Below are positions 50,650 through 63,340 of a stretch of 64,000 nucleotides of DNA, one piece after another. The notes under the pieces are model-generated. The model made no database searches, was not told the origin of the DNA, and worked only from the letters and a program-made list of their open reading frames with translations. This DNA is from Lama guanicoe (lineage: Eukaryota): NCBI GenBank assembly GCA_013239625.1, contig MU054187.1, positions 1,487,964-1,551,963 on the forward strand. Direction: 5' to 3'. The translations under genes were made by a program, and so were the position numbers. Each line of letters starts with the position of its first letter. Position 1 is the stretch's first letter.

Positions 50650-51900
50650 CTCCTACCAACGCCACTTCCTGACGGAAGTTTTCTCTTTCTTGCTTTCTTC
50701 TTTTACACAGTCTAAGGGATGAGGGGCGGCGAGCATGAGGAACAGGTAAAGCTGTCTCCGGAAACGTCTTAGGCTTGTAACTCAAAATCTACAGAGGACA
50801 ACTCAGAAAAGAACGCTGCTACTTCACCGGAAGCCGTTAAGGAGGCGGTGAAAGGGCCCGGCTTGCCCTCCGATGGCAAGTTCAGAATTGCCTGTTATTC
50901 TGATGGAAAGCGATCTGTCCGCATCTCAGGCCCTTGTTTCGCCTACGAGCACCCGCGGGAGCGCCGCGTTCCCGGACGGCGGCCCGGGACAGCCGTGGCC
51001 CCGCCACCCAGAGGCTCCCACCGCCGCGCCCACGCCGACAGGCGACGCGTCCAGACGGGGGTGGGNNNNNNNNNNNNNNNNNNNNNNNNNNNNNNNNNNN
51101 NNNNNNNNNNNNNNNNNNNNNNNNNNNNNNNNNNNNNNNNNNNNNNNNNNNNNNNNNNNNNNNNNNNNNNNNNNNNNNNNNNNNNNNNNNNNNNNNNNNN
51201 NNNNNNNNNNNNNNNNNNNNNNNNNNNNNNNNNNNNNNNNNNNNNNNNNNNNNNNNNNNNNNNNNNNNNNNNNNNNNNNNNNNNNNNNNNNNNNNNNNNN
51301 NNNNNNNNNNNNNNNNNNNNNNNNNNNNNNNNNNNNNNNNNNNNNNNNNNNNNNNNNNNNNNNNNNNNNNNNNNNNNNNNNNNNNNNNNNNNNNNNNNNN
51401 NNNNNNNNNNNNNNNNNNNNNNNNNNNNNNNNNNNNNNNNNNNNNNNNNNNNNNNNNNNNNNNNNNNNNNNNNNNNNNNNNNNNNNNNNNNNNNNNNNNN
51501 NNNNNNNNNNNNNNNNNNNNNNNNNNNNNNNNNNCCGGGCGGGAGCAGGTGCGCGCGGCGGCCGGCGGGGCGTGGTCCTAGGCGGGGGGTGGGGGTTCCA
51601 CGCAGCGTCCCCGGGGCGCTCAGCGGACCCTCGGGAATAGCGTGTCACTCTGTTTGTGGGTCTGGCACCTTCCATCCTCTCTTCCCCCGAAGGGACCTGC
51701 CTGGAAATCTCCCCTCACCCTTTAAGTCCTCCCGGGCACCGCTCTCCCTATACAGCCCCCCCCCCCGTCCCCGGGGGCCGGACAACCCCCAACCTGCATC
51801 CACCACAGACACAGCACGATGCGCTTCAACCGTTACCGTGCGCCTCCTGTACTAGACGAAGCCCGAGCAGGATGAGAGGATGCCTTACTCATCTTTGCGT
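50650..51900. promoter_or_regulatory. CpG island / probable promoter (core unsequenced)
   Basis: Very high GC and CpG density on both flanks of the gap. ETS motifs at 50664-50679 and 50826-50833; Sp/KLF box GGGGCGTGG near 51567. Confidence 0.8.
51066..51534. other. Assembly gap (469 N) inside the CpG island
   Basis: Run of N. Confidence 0.99.
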
Positions 51901-52728
51901 CTCAAATGCCAAGCCCACTGCCCAGCACACAACCCGGCGCACTTAGTCAGAGAGAATAACAAGGTCGCCGAGAGGGGGATGCTGTGTTAAGAGATTCGGG
52001 TCCACAGAGGCACGACCGGTGCTCTACGTCTGGAACCATCATAGCCTGAGGTCTCAGAATAGCAGTGATGATGTTGACAGCTCACCTTCGCTAAGCGCCT
52101 TCCACGACCACCACGCCGAGCCGGTGCGATGAGCAGGTGCAGAGCAGAGCTGGATGGTGGCATTTAACCTGTTTCTTTTTTGACCAACGACTGTGAAGAC
52201 TGGTCTGTGCTTCATCTGACCCTGAAGACAGCACTCATGTTTTCCTGAACACGTCCTGGTGTTCAAAGCGTCCCAGGTGCTTCCATCAGGACAACGGGGG
52301 AGTTTAGGAACTGGGAGGCTGCGCTGGTCTCAAGACGTTCTGCCTCAGATTGCAGTGAAACACCGCATCCCCTAAGCAAAATGCTCACCTGTGGTGACGG
52401 CGGGCCAGCAGGTGCATTCAACCTGACAGCCACCCTCGGTCCGTGGACCGCAGCAGCTCCTGGGGCTGACAATGGCTGGTGTCTCCTGGGGGACCCTGGG
52501 GAGTGGATCTGTGGCATAAATTACTGCCACTGACATTCGACGGGGAATGAGTTTCCTTCTTGTTGAGGCTGCCCGGACAGGAGGGCCACCAGCCCAGGGG
52601 CTCAGGTGCACACGGACTGAGGAGAACACACTGGCAGGCCTCACCGTCCCTGCTGTGATTTACGGAGCTCATAATAACTGAGTAGGATTGAAAAGGCAAA
52701 CAATTTTGCAATCAAAATAAGTTCTTAC

Positions 52729-52873
52729 TGTGGAGGCACACGTCTGTGTGTGGAGTTAACCGCACTGTCAGCCTCCCGCACAGCGTCAAGAACGGATGGC
52801 TCAACAAAGCCACCTCCAGCTCGGCCGCCCCGCGTGGCTTGGACAATCCCATGATTAAAAATATCAGACACAC
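52729..52873 (-). other. Candidate exon (145 nt)
   Basis: ccttcccaacttcaag|GTGTGTC...CTCCACA|gtaaga. Confidence 0.25.
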
Positions 52874-53194
52874 CTTGAAGTTGGGAAGGATGTGCTGTGA
52901 ACGGCATCACAAAGCTCCCCACTGTCCACACGAACACCGTCCTCTGAGGAGAAGCAGGTAATTATCCTGAAGGAAAGCTGCCAGCAACAGTAGCAGCGTT
53001 TTTTATGGAAGTCCAGCGTTCCAAAGCGTGGTCAAGCTGTGCAAAGTGTTTCCTTTTTTCCAACACTGATTCAAGTATGTTAGCAATTTGTTATCTGGGG
53101 GAAGGTATGAAGTGCTATCTCTTGGACCACCTTGCTTGAATGGTAAACATTAAAACAAAGTGGATATTATTACATCCCTGTGGCTATTTCTTAC

Positions 53195-53373
53195 CACAAG
53201 AATTGAACTCTCAGTAATATTACAGTGAAAAGTAATTCATGCTGTGTCTATCCCTCTTCAGCTTGTGAGAATCCTGTCCAGTTCAATATTACAGACACAG
53301 GAAGCTTTTCACTCAGAGTCGATCATCTTTGACATACTGAATCTTCTCCAGATGATGGTGCAAGAAGTTTAAC
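53195..53373 (-). other. Candidate exon containing a stop codon (possible last coding exon)
   Basis: Strong acceptor ttgttattgccctttag. Reads LNFLHHHLEKIQYVKDDRL* or VKLLAPSSGEDSVCQR*. Donor GTG|gtaaga. Protein not recognised. Confidence 0.35.
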
Positions 53374-54109
53374 CTAAAGGGCAATAACAATGGTCATGAA
53401 CAAATATTGAAAACTGCATAAGAAAATTAATCAACCATATCCATATCAGTTAATTCATTTTTAAGAATATTAAAAGTATACGAAAATTTATATGACACAG
53501 GAAGAAAAGTGTATGACAGACAACAAAAACAGTAACTTTTTAACACTGTTAAATACTCCAAAATTGAGTTGGAAAATGTTATTAAGGAGAAATAAAAGAG
53601 TTGAAAAGCTTTAAATATACAAAGGTGTGTGTTTTTCATATTATCAACTATATATTATATTAATACATATTATGTATTGTATTATATAATGCAACATAGT
53701 ATTAAGTATTATATATTTATGAATGTATACATATGTATGTTTATATACTTCGCAATACGTGGGTCCAAATATCATTCCACATCTGGGTGTCACAGTAAAA
53801 TTAAAATTAATTACAATACTTTAAAAAATGACAATATATACAAACGAGATTGCTTCGTTGTCCTAAAAAGTTCACTAACATAAAAAATTTCGAGAAAAAA
53901 TACCAGTGGTGTGACTACTGCAGGCAAGAGGGCTATCAGCGTCGCTGCAGAAAGAGCTTCCCCACGGAGGGACGGCATACGGCGGCCACCATCCGCACAC
54001 CCCCACTGCTGTCCCGACCACAACACTGACCTCCAGAAGCCAGTGTCACCTTTTCTAGTCAAAAAACAAACAAAAAAACACATTGGGTTGTCGTTACATT
54101 AGCTAAAGA

Positions 54110-54660
54110 TATTTGAAAAAAAGAGACAAATTGATTTGATTTCTCATTCAAGGAAGGACGTGAATAAAAAGGTAAAAAGGTCACAGGCAAATGACATAAT
54201 GGACAACACTTGCAGTTTCTAAATGGGATGCAGAAAACACTCGATTTCGTACGAGGAATGCTTGCAATGCATTAAGGAAGAATATATTGTATATAGGCAA
54301 GTTATAAAAGAGAAAAACCACAAAGTTAATAAGTATAGAATAGATGCTCAAAATCACGTATAACCTCAGAAAGAGAAGTGTATCCAGAAACTACCCCTTC
54401 ACCCTTATTCCAGCAAAAATGGGGAACTGACTGACGCCAAGCTTTGTCAGGGCTGATGGGCACGGCGGACGGGTGAGGAGGCAGAGTCCACGTCTCTATT
54501 TCTGAAATTTTATTTTAGTGATTTTGCAGGGTGTGGCTTTTACTTAGTAAAATGATGTCTGCCCACACCCCCTCACCCAGCAAGCCGGCCCACAAGTGTA
54601 TCCTGAGACGCTCTCACACAGGTCCAGCAGGGGGGTGAACAAGAATGTTGACTGCAACTT
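54110..54660 (+). mobile_element. Very old L1 (L1ME-like) 3' remnant
   Basis: Degenerate motifs such as acaaattgatttgatt, aaaaaggtaaaaagg and agatgctcaaaatcac. Confidence 0.45.
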
Positions 54661-57278
54661 TATGCAAAACTCTATTTAAGAAAGCTGCCTATTTCTAAGG
54701 AAACCAAAAAAAAAAAAAAAAAAGGCAAAGCCCCAAACAGCACTACAGATGCTTGTAGCTGAACTCATTTATTTCAACCACTGATTGTCAATAAGGCAAA
54801 ACCTCCTCCACCCATCTGCACAAAAAGAGCAGCTCTGACGTCAGCTCACGTGCAGACGCTAGGCGCGCGCTGAGAGCATCCCCACTGGAGGACACAGCAG
54901 TCAGTCATCACCACCTGTCCGCCCTGCTAGGACCACGGCTCAGGGGTCAGTGCCGTCTCCTGGAGTCTGCCTACGAGAGGACTCTCATCTCCAACAGGAA
55001 CCAATAAACTGAGAGAAAGGATCTTATTTTGTATAAACTTATGACAATCATCTTTGTAAATGGTCACCACTAAAAATCAACCAGCGGAGGTCTACAGCTC
55101 TATAGCCAGATTGCTGACAAAGCGTAAACTGATGCCAGTTACACTGGCCAACTCGAGACGCTTCCAAATATGGAGGTACTTGTTCTCGTGGTGGCAGATC
55201 TCTCCTTGCAGTCTGATTGATTGGTTTTTAATTTTAATGTGGGATCAAATACACTGAGCCAGAGTAACTCATGCATGTTGAATTCCATTTATCCTTACGT
55301 CCCTGGCTCCACATTTTTCTGGCTGTGAATACATCTTGCATTCCATAATTTTTAGTTCCTAAGAAAACCCAATATACATTTGCAAATTCTTGCTTTTTCT
55401 GTTCCCTTTTGGCATTGGTATTTTTGCCATTTGATAACCATTTAACATAGTTTACACCAAAGAGCTCAGATTTTTAAAAAATTAAATTAGCTTGGATTTA
55501 ATATTAACATGTTTAACAAGAAAGCCTCTAGAAAGACCAGCGGGTTGGGAGGTGAATCCATTAGGACCAGGAGCAGAAGCTGCCCAAGGACATTATTCGG
55601 GTGCGGGAGGGGCTCAACACGCACCAAGGACGCCGAGAGCGAAGCGCCCCCCCAGACCCCTGCTCCCTTGTGTCCATTTACCGCAGAGCTTCCCTGACGA
55701 TTTCTCTTCACTTAGAATTTCATTTTGTGCTAAAAGAGGATTCTGCCACTTTAAAAAAATGTTAAAACCAGTGGAATTATTTCTAATAATTCCATTTGAA
55801 AAATCAGCCCCACAGAGGAGGGCCTGGGGAAGGCCCCAGACTCGAATGCTGAAGCTTGAAACAGAGCAAACGACAGTGACGTTTCTAAATGAACGACTGC
55901 TTTCTGTGTGATGCTTCCATGTCCACAAACACACCTAGGGTAACTCGTTTAAACTGTGCTTTATGCTCTCACAAAAAGAAATTACTTATTTCTTCCCGCA
56001 ATCACAGATACCTGCTTTTGTCCAGGCAGCTCCTGGAGGTGGGCCGCCCGCAGCCTCGCAGAGCCATTCGGCTGCGTGTCTGTCCAGCAGCACTTGATCC
56101 TGGAGGCTCACTGTGAACTGCGGACGAGCGACAGAGAAGTTCTAAAACTATGTCACAATTTTAAATTATTTTATAATTTTTTATTCCAAGGGAAACACGG
56201 AAATCTGTTTAAATATGCTGTGTAACTAGAATGTATTTCCAATTATTTACGACGAAGGATTTCCGAGGGTGTAGGAGCCTGCGTGTGCCTGCCTGCGGGG
56301 AACGCAGAATGACACGGGGCTGGTTGGGGAAGTAGGAACGCAGGGGTCAACGAGGAGGAATTACTTCTAAATCTCGTGGGCGCTGCGTCATACGATTAAA
56401 TCCTCACCATGATTATTTATTATCTGTGATAGACACATTTAAAACAGAAATCATACTTGAATCAACAAAATCTCCAAACTCTCACCCACAGTAAACTTTC
56501 AAACCCTTTGCTCTACAAACTTCAGAATGAAAAACCATGAAGATGAATGCTCTTCATTTCATGTTAAGATGAATGTTCCTCCACTATCTGATAAGATCCC
56601 TTTGAATAAGTCACATTCAAGTCAAATTCTAGAGATTTCCATCTATTCAGATCTTTTACGGTTGAGTTTGTTTAGCGGACAGCGAGCAGCTGCATGGACA
56701 GCTGTAAAATCTGTCCACGACTCTCTTACTAACGTGGAAAACAAATCTGCAGGGGCCGTTTAGCAGGGGGTCTGCCATGTCCGGTGACCCCTAAGCATGA
56801 CTTTCCAAACGCCCTTCTGAGCTGGCCTGATGATCCTTCCCCTTCGCGGTCCTATCCTTTTGCTGTCCCTGCCACTCCTGGCCCCACCCACCACCTGGAA
56901 ACAGGAGAAACATGACAAAATAAAGAATATTTGGCAAAGTGGATCTGCTTCAGGTTTCCTGTTGTGCGCAGGGAGTGACGCTTTTGGAAAGCCTCCATTT
57001 ATAAGGAAGGCTGCAGGCTAAGTAACTCTGGGAGTAGATAAAACCTTAGGTCACCCCAGTCCATGACAGCCCCCGGGACTGCCTGCGAGGGACTGGTAAC
57101 AGGGTCCCAGAAATCCGGCCCGGAGCACAGCCCGCAGTCTGCGGCCTGACGTCCACGGCTGAGGGAAGGCAGGCTGGGGGTGAGCGGACGACTGTCAGAG
57201 CTGACACAGCAGGACCGTGTGGGAATCTAGGTCGCCCACCCGGCCTGCTGTCCTTTCGGGAACATTCACAGGCTCTTC

Positions 57279-57327
57279 ATTTTTGTTCATTGCAGGTGAC
57301 TCCGAGTCACCTGCAATGAACAAAAAT
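57279..57327. repeat. Perfect palindrome: 24-bp arms with a 1-nt spacer
   Basis: atttttgttcattgcaggtgactc-c-gagtcacctgcaatgaacaaaaat; the ORF track gives FLFIAGDSESPAMNKN on both strands. Confidence 0.97.
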
Positions 57328-59454
57328 ACTTCTCCGTTGAAGAACGGACTCAGGACGCAGAACAAGCGAGGTCGCAAAAGCAGGCGGGAGTTACGACCAG
57401 TCGCGGAGTCAAGGCCCCAGCGCTGGGAAGTTTGATTTCAACTTTTTAATAGCAACTGGGACGCACAGATAGCCAAGTCTGGGGGGGCACTGTTATAGTC
57501 AAAGGGCTCTCACACACACGACGTGTTTTTGTAAACCTCCTGAAGCTCTACATCTCACCGAAAAACAGAAACACCACTAAAATGGCCAACTTGCTAGGTC
57601 ATTGAAGAAACTCTGATCCACTGGTGAGAAATCCCGGAAGACCTGCACACCTCAAGGCAGGAAGCGTGGGCTGCAGGAACCCGCCAGGCAGCATCCCCGG
57701 GCCTCCCGCGTACCCTGGTGGCCCAGTCCCACCCACAGCACCAGAACAGCACGCGCTCAGGTGAAGCGCTTTGCTGCTGCATTCAAACCCACTCTTCTGG
57801 TGGGTTTTACCAGGTCTGTGGCCTCCACGCCTCACACAGAGAAGCACTTTCATTTACACTGCTGACGACCAGAGTCCTGTTCACCCGAGTGCCCACACCA
57901 CGATTCACATCTTTCCTTGAAGCCTTTTTTAAATTTTATTTATCGTTTGTTCAGCCCGCCTAGGGAAGGAAATTAATCTGCAGGTAACTGTGATCCTGGC
58001 TTAAAAGGACATCAAAAGAACTAAGGAAAGTTGGTAGAACACCTGTTAAGATGCCACCAGAAGGGAACATCTTAAAACATCTAATCTGTGCACTAGTCAA
58101 ATAAAAGCAGCCTGCCTCTTTTATAAACGTACTGAATGATTAATGGACCATTTCAAGACCAATTAAAGACTCTCGGCACACAGGGCTGCGAGTCACACAA
58201 GCCTGGGGCTGCAAGAGACAAAGGACTAGCAGATGGTGGCTTCAGTGCCGACTGGCTGGCTGCAAGGAAACCCGAGCATACTGGAGCCTGAGAAATTAAC
58301 AGGCCCCAAAGGTGATCAGAGTTTAAACTGCAACAGATGCAGATGAGCACACAGGAGAAACAGAACCTAAGTCAGAAGCGGAGAAGCGAAGGACCAGCTC
58401 GGTGTGCAGGAAAGGAGCCAGCCGGTGCGGGGCAGAGGTCTGATGAGGCCCCACGCTTCCGAAACACAGCCATTAAACATAGAACAAACGCAACCAAAAC
58501 AAAACCCCAGCACCATCTCTCTGAAAGCATTTTTCAATCTCGACACATTGAAAGTCTAAAACTAATGTTTGGCTCCTTTAAAAGTAATTTCCCCCAGGAC
58601 TTACCAAGGACTCAAAAAAAATTTCACTTCTGCACCTTCTCAGAGCGCAGAAAATGTTTTTCACGCCATTAACATTTCTAGAGGAAAATACAGGTTTTCT
58701 GCAGACACACCAACGGAAACAAGAAATAATTGATCTACTGCTGCTTGAGGAGTTGGTGCTGCCAAACAGTTCAGTTCAGAAAACACTGCCTGACCGCTGG
58801 CTTTGCCAGGCTGGTGCAGGGTCCTGCCTGCTGCTGGGTCCACTCCCGGACCCACAGCCGCCCGACCAGGACTCCAGGAGGCTGGGCAGGTCCCCGTTGC
58901 CAACCTTTTCTTCTGGGTTTCTCAGGGTCCAGTGTTTTTGTTTTTTTGATAAGAGAACATCTATGCAGATGTGTTAAGTAAAACAATACAATCTCTTAAC
59001 ACAGGTATGAGGGCTCCGTAGCGTGTTGTATGAAGGGCCCACCTTCCAAAGGTTCATTTGGTATTAAGCAATTTCGTTACTTTAAACGCAATTCTAAAAT
59101 CATCTAACTTTGAACCCCATGGAGACCATTTGCAAAGGAATGTACCAGCCATGATGGAATCACATCTTTACCGAAGATGATTTAGTTTCCTAAATATTGT
59201 TCTAGCTGCTTCTGGCGAACACGCCGCAATGCTGGGAGGGCGCAGGGCTCAGAGAGCTGGGCGCGTGCCCGTCCCTCGCCTCGCCTGGTGCAGCCCCTCC
59301 ACTGGCTGCTCCTGAGTTACATGCTGTCGGAAGCCCCAGACCCTTGGAGCATTGACAGGACGGACACAGTCCCTTCCTTCATGGACGCAGAGTCTCCCTC
59401 GAGGACAAACTCCATGGGACGCTCATCTCAGCCTCCACATGATGGTGAATTCAG

Positions 59455-59845
59455 ACAAAAGGAAGGAGGAAGAGAAGGAGGAGGGGAAGAGGGGGAGGAG
59501 AAAGGGAGGAGGAGGGGGAGGGGGGAAGAAGATACAGGCGTACATACCTTAAACATACAGAGAAATAAAGCAAGTGTCACAAAACAAAAGCTCTGTTCTA
59601 AAACTCTGAACCCTGGTATGTCAGAAGTCACCGAATGTGTCCAGACCATCTATCCTCTGACAAAACAATGCAGAAGAATTCACCAAGGCCCCTCCTCGAT
59701 TTAAAAATGACACAGAATGAGCAGCAGCACCCCACCCGCAAGGGTAAAGTGCACCTCTCCCTCCCCTCCCCCTGCTCCCTCCCTCCCCCTCCCCCTCCGC
59801 CCCTCCCTCCCCTCTCCCTCCCTCTCTCTCCCTCCCGCCCCCTCC
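59455..59845. repeat. GA-rich tract (59455-59530) and CT-rich tract (59754-59845)
   Basis: Homopurine and homopyrimidine low-complexity tracts with G3+/C3+ runs. Confidence 0.85.
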
Positions 59846-62829
59846 TGGCTTCCTCATTACCATGATGTTCCTTCAAAAATTCAAAGCAAGTCTCCATGGT
59901 TCAAAGTACTCCTTTCACTGTCAGCCTCATGCAAACCAAGCAGCAATCTTATGCAAAAACACTAAGTTTTGCATAAGTAGAATTTACTTATTAGCTCTTT
60001 TCCTTGAAAATAGGCCAACAAACACATTTGGTTTAATGGAGAAGGATCGATAGCCTTATGAAATAAGGCAACTCATTGCAACAAGCGTTTATTGAGTGCT
60101 TTCTAGGCACCAGGCACGGGGCCTACATACCAGAAACATAAAGAGAAATAAATTACCATCCGTGCCCACAAACTGCAAATACCCTCCACCTACGAAGGCA
60201 TGTTTAAGTGTCAGTCAGGGCACAGCTGTGAGACTCGCCTGCCGTCCACCATAACCATCATCATCATATTCACCACGGTTCCAACTGCTCTAAAAGGACC
60301 AAAGTCTCCATGGCCTAGAACCTCAGCACTAGGGAAAGTATGGCTAGTTTAGAACTCTCTTCCATCACGTCACTATCTTGATCAACACCGTCTAGTGGGG
60401 AGATTATGAACTAGAAGCCCGAGTCAGGAGCCCTGCAGCCACTCTGCGCCTTTCTGTCACTCTCATAGGCACGGCCTCTACTCCGCCAGACATGGCCACC
60501 CTCTCTCCCGAATCGTCCTCGTGGATGTCCATCTGTGCCCTCAACTCATCCTTTCTCCAGCTGGAATGCGTTCCCTCCTCTTTGAATTTAGTCAATTATT
60601 CACTACAAAATTATTTTTTATGGTTATTTCTAGGTACTGGAAATCACTTTATTTTCCTGCCAAGAAGCTTAAAAGAATCTCCAGAATTACACCGACAAAC
60701 GGTTGGCTTCTAATTTATTTCTGCCCTTTCTGGAACAGCTCCTGGACACGCCCCGGACCTTCGCACTGTCGCCTCCAGGACTCCCCGTTGCTCGGAAACT
60801 TGAATTTACTCCAGCGACTTTGCTCCAACAGACCCACCTGCCAATTCTCTCATCCTGCTTTTGCTTGCGTCTGACCAGCTTTCAACTCCTCCAAGGACCC
60901 TAAAGTCAGGACAGAGGTCATTTCCAAGGGAGGAGTGAAGGCTGGTGTTAAGGGACACCTGGCTAGCTTCTGATGAAGGGACGGTGTTTCTCAGCCTGGT
61001 CCGTGTTAAACAGATGTTCGTTCCGAGCATTTGCTATATTACATTTATGTTTCATGCTCTTTCTGTATATGTATTATCTTTCCATAAAAAACACTCAACA
61101 ACAAACGGTTAAGACTTGCGGATGTTAAACATTTCTCGGCGTAAACTCTTCTTTCATTTGTAACCTTCTATGTGATGTGGTCAATGTTTTCACAGACATT
61201 TCCATCTACGGTTTAAACCCGTTCATTTTACTTCTTCCTTTTCAGTTTCTCGGTTTCCTTCCTAATGATCTGAGTTTCTTCAGTCACTGTATTTAAAAAC
61301 CTTTATCTCATTCTTTCCATCAGCAAGATGATTCTTGATTTGCCCCCTTCTAAACCCTAGTCAGTGCCTTCGCAACCTTGAACACGTGACGCCTGAGTTG
61401 ACGCTGTCACAAGGCAGAGCAAGCAGTCTTAAGACATTACAAGCAGTGATTTCTGTTTCTCAAGTACTCTTGAACGCCCTCCAGATGGAAATAAATTGAA
61501 GTCTTCTTTCAACTGAAGTCTTTCTCCTGGGCCAGATGCCAGATTTAATAGTATGCATAATCACCTTCCTGCAAGCTATTTTTAACCTACACGTATTAGT
61601 TTTCTGCAAGAATTAAAAACACATTTTACAAACATGTCTGAGTTTCTGACTACAATTAGGAATCCAAATTATACACAAAAAGGACACAAGCTATCTACAA
61701 TATCTTTTAGAATATTATATGAAGAAACCCAGAAAAAATCAGAGCTGATTATACACGTGGCAGAAGAAAATCAATGAAATTTTGTGCAAGAACGAATGTG
61801 TTACTGGAATGTGAAGAAAAATTACAACGCACGCCCACGCGGTCTTCACTTGCTGCGTCCAGGTAATCTCAGGTGTGGGGCTTCCTCCAGCCCCGCAGGT
61901 GCCGCAGACAGTGTCTCCTGATCCTACCTCTGTGTGCTGGGGCTCCGGAGTAATTCAAGGACTCTCTGTAACAACAGAATTATCAGCATATTTTTAAAGT
62001 TACATAATTACAGCACCGTGAGATAATGCTGAGAAAGAGCTACAGGGGATTTTCATTTCTTTCTGAAGGTTTCCACGTTGTACTGCCTTCGCCTAGTGAT
62101 ACGCAGGCCAGTTGAGACCTGAGACCTGTATTTGACTTCAGCTTGGAGTCTGGAAGAGTCACTGCATAGAGGAATCTCCAATGAGGTAAATGAGGTATAT
62201 GGTCCTGTGCTTTTATTTCTAATCATTCAATGCAACCGTATTTATGGAAGGAGTTTGATTTTACGGGTATTTCAAACCAAGTACTTAAATTGAACTTGTG
62301 ATTTTGTGACACCTTCCCTAGGCAATTAGCCATCTAACTACCCGCTTCCTGCAATTTATAAGAATTTACCTTAAACCTGGTTGAGCAAAACCACGTCTCA
62401 ACACAAAGGAATGATCTCATCATCAAATCATAATTGAGTGGAAAAACATGAAGGCATTTAATTTATTTTAATAAGGAAGTGAAGTGACTGATGTTCAATG
62501 AATGAGATAGTATCACTCAATGTGAATTATAGAGAACAATCCACAAAGGGAAGTTTCACTTTTCTATAGCATATTTCACATAATATATATAAATTCTCTT
62601 TAAACCTTTCTACGTGATAAAACTGTTCCTTTAATAAGTGCATTATTTGAGAGTTCCAGTCATTATCAAATAACATATCTAACATGTCTGGAGAACACTG
62701 CCTGGATCTTTAGTAATCTTATCCACTTCATTAGAATCCATACGATTTATCTACTAAAAATAAAGTCCGTATGATCAGCATCTTGGCTGCCGTGTTTAGA
62801 AAAATGGTTTTATTTATGTATTTATTTTA

Positions 62830-63340
62830 AAAACGATGTAACATCTAGAGTGTCGGGCACGATGCTAAGACTGGTGAGGAAGCAGCGATCAAAACAAGGT
62901 CTCTACTCACGGGCCTGGAGCTTCACTGAAGCAGCTGTAGTTAAACGAAGCAGAAATGTCTGCTAACAGCTTGTGTTCAACGTAAGATGAGAAATAAACG
63001 ATGTTCTGACAGACTGTGAAAAGGGACTGACTCAGCGCGTGTGGTAGGGAGGGGTTAAGCGAAGCCTTCCCCAGTGCTCGTATGTAAGAGGAGGACATTT
63101 AAAAGAAGCAGTGAAGGAGCAGCACTGCAGGCAGAGGAGGCAGCGTGCAGACAGCACTCGGTCAGACGGGAGCTGCAGAGCTCCTGGGAGCTGCAAGGCC
63201 ACGGTGACGGCCCGTCCTCGCTGGGCCGCAAGGAGAGGAACGGACGGCGGCTGGGGCGGGCGCCCAGGACCACGCCCTGCAGGAAGGGCTCAGCTTGCCC
63301 AGGATTCTGGGCTTCACTTCAGGACGTGGGACGCTAAGGA
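62830..63340 (-). mobile_element. L2 remnant, GC-shifted
   Basis: gtgtcgggcacgatgctaagactgg...acaaggtctctactcacgg...gagcttcact and downstream L2-like motifs. Confidence 0.6.

Noticed and set aside
50848..51855. Long ORFs of 215-335 aa
   Set aside because: They stay open only because they cross the N gap.
53195..53373. Assigning a gene symbol to the candidate terminal exon
   Set aside because: I could not match either translation to a protein I recognise.
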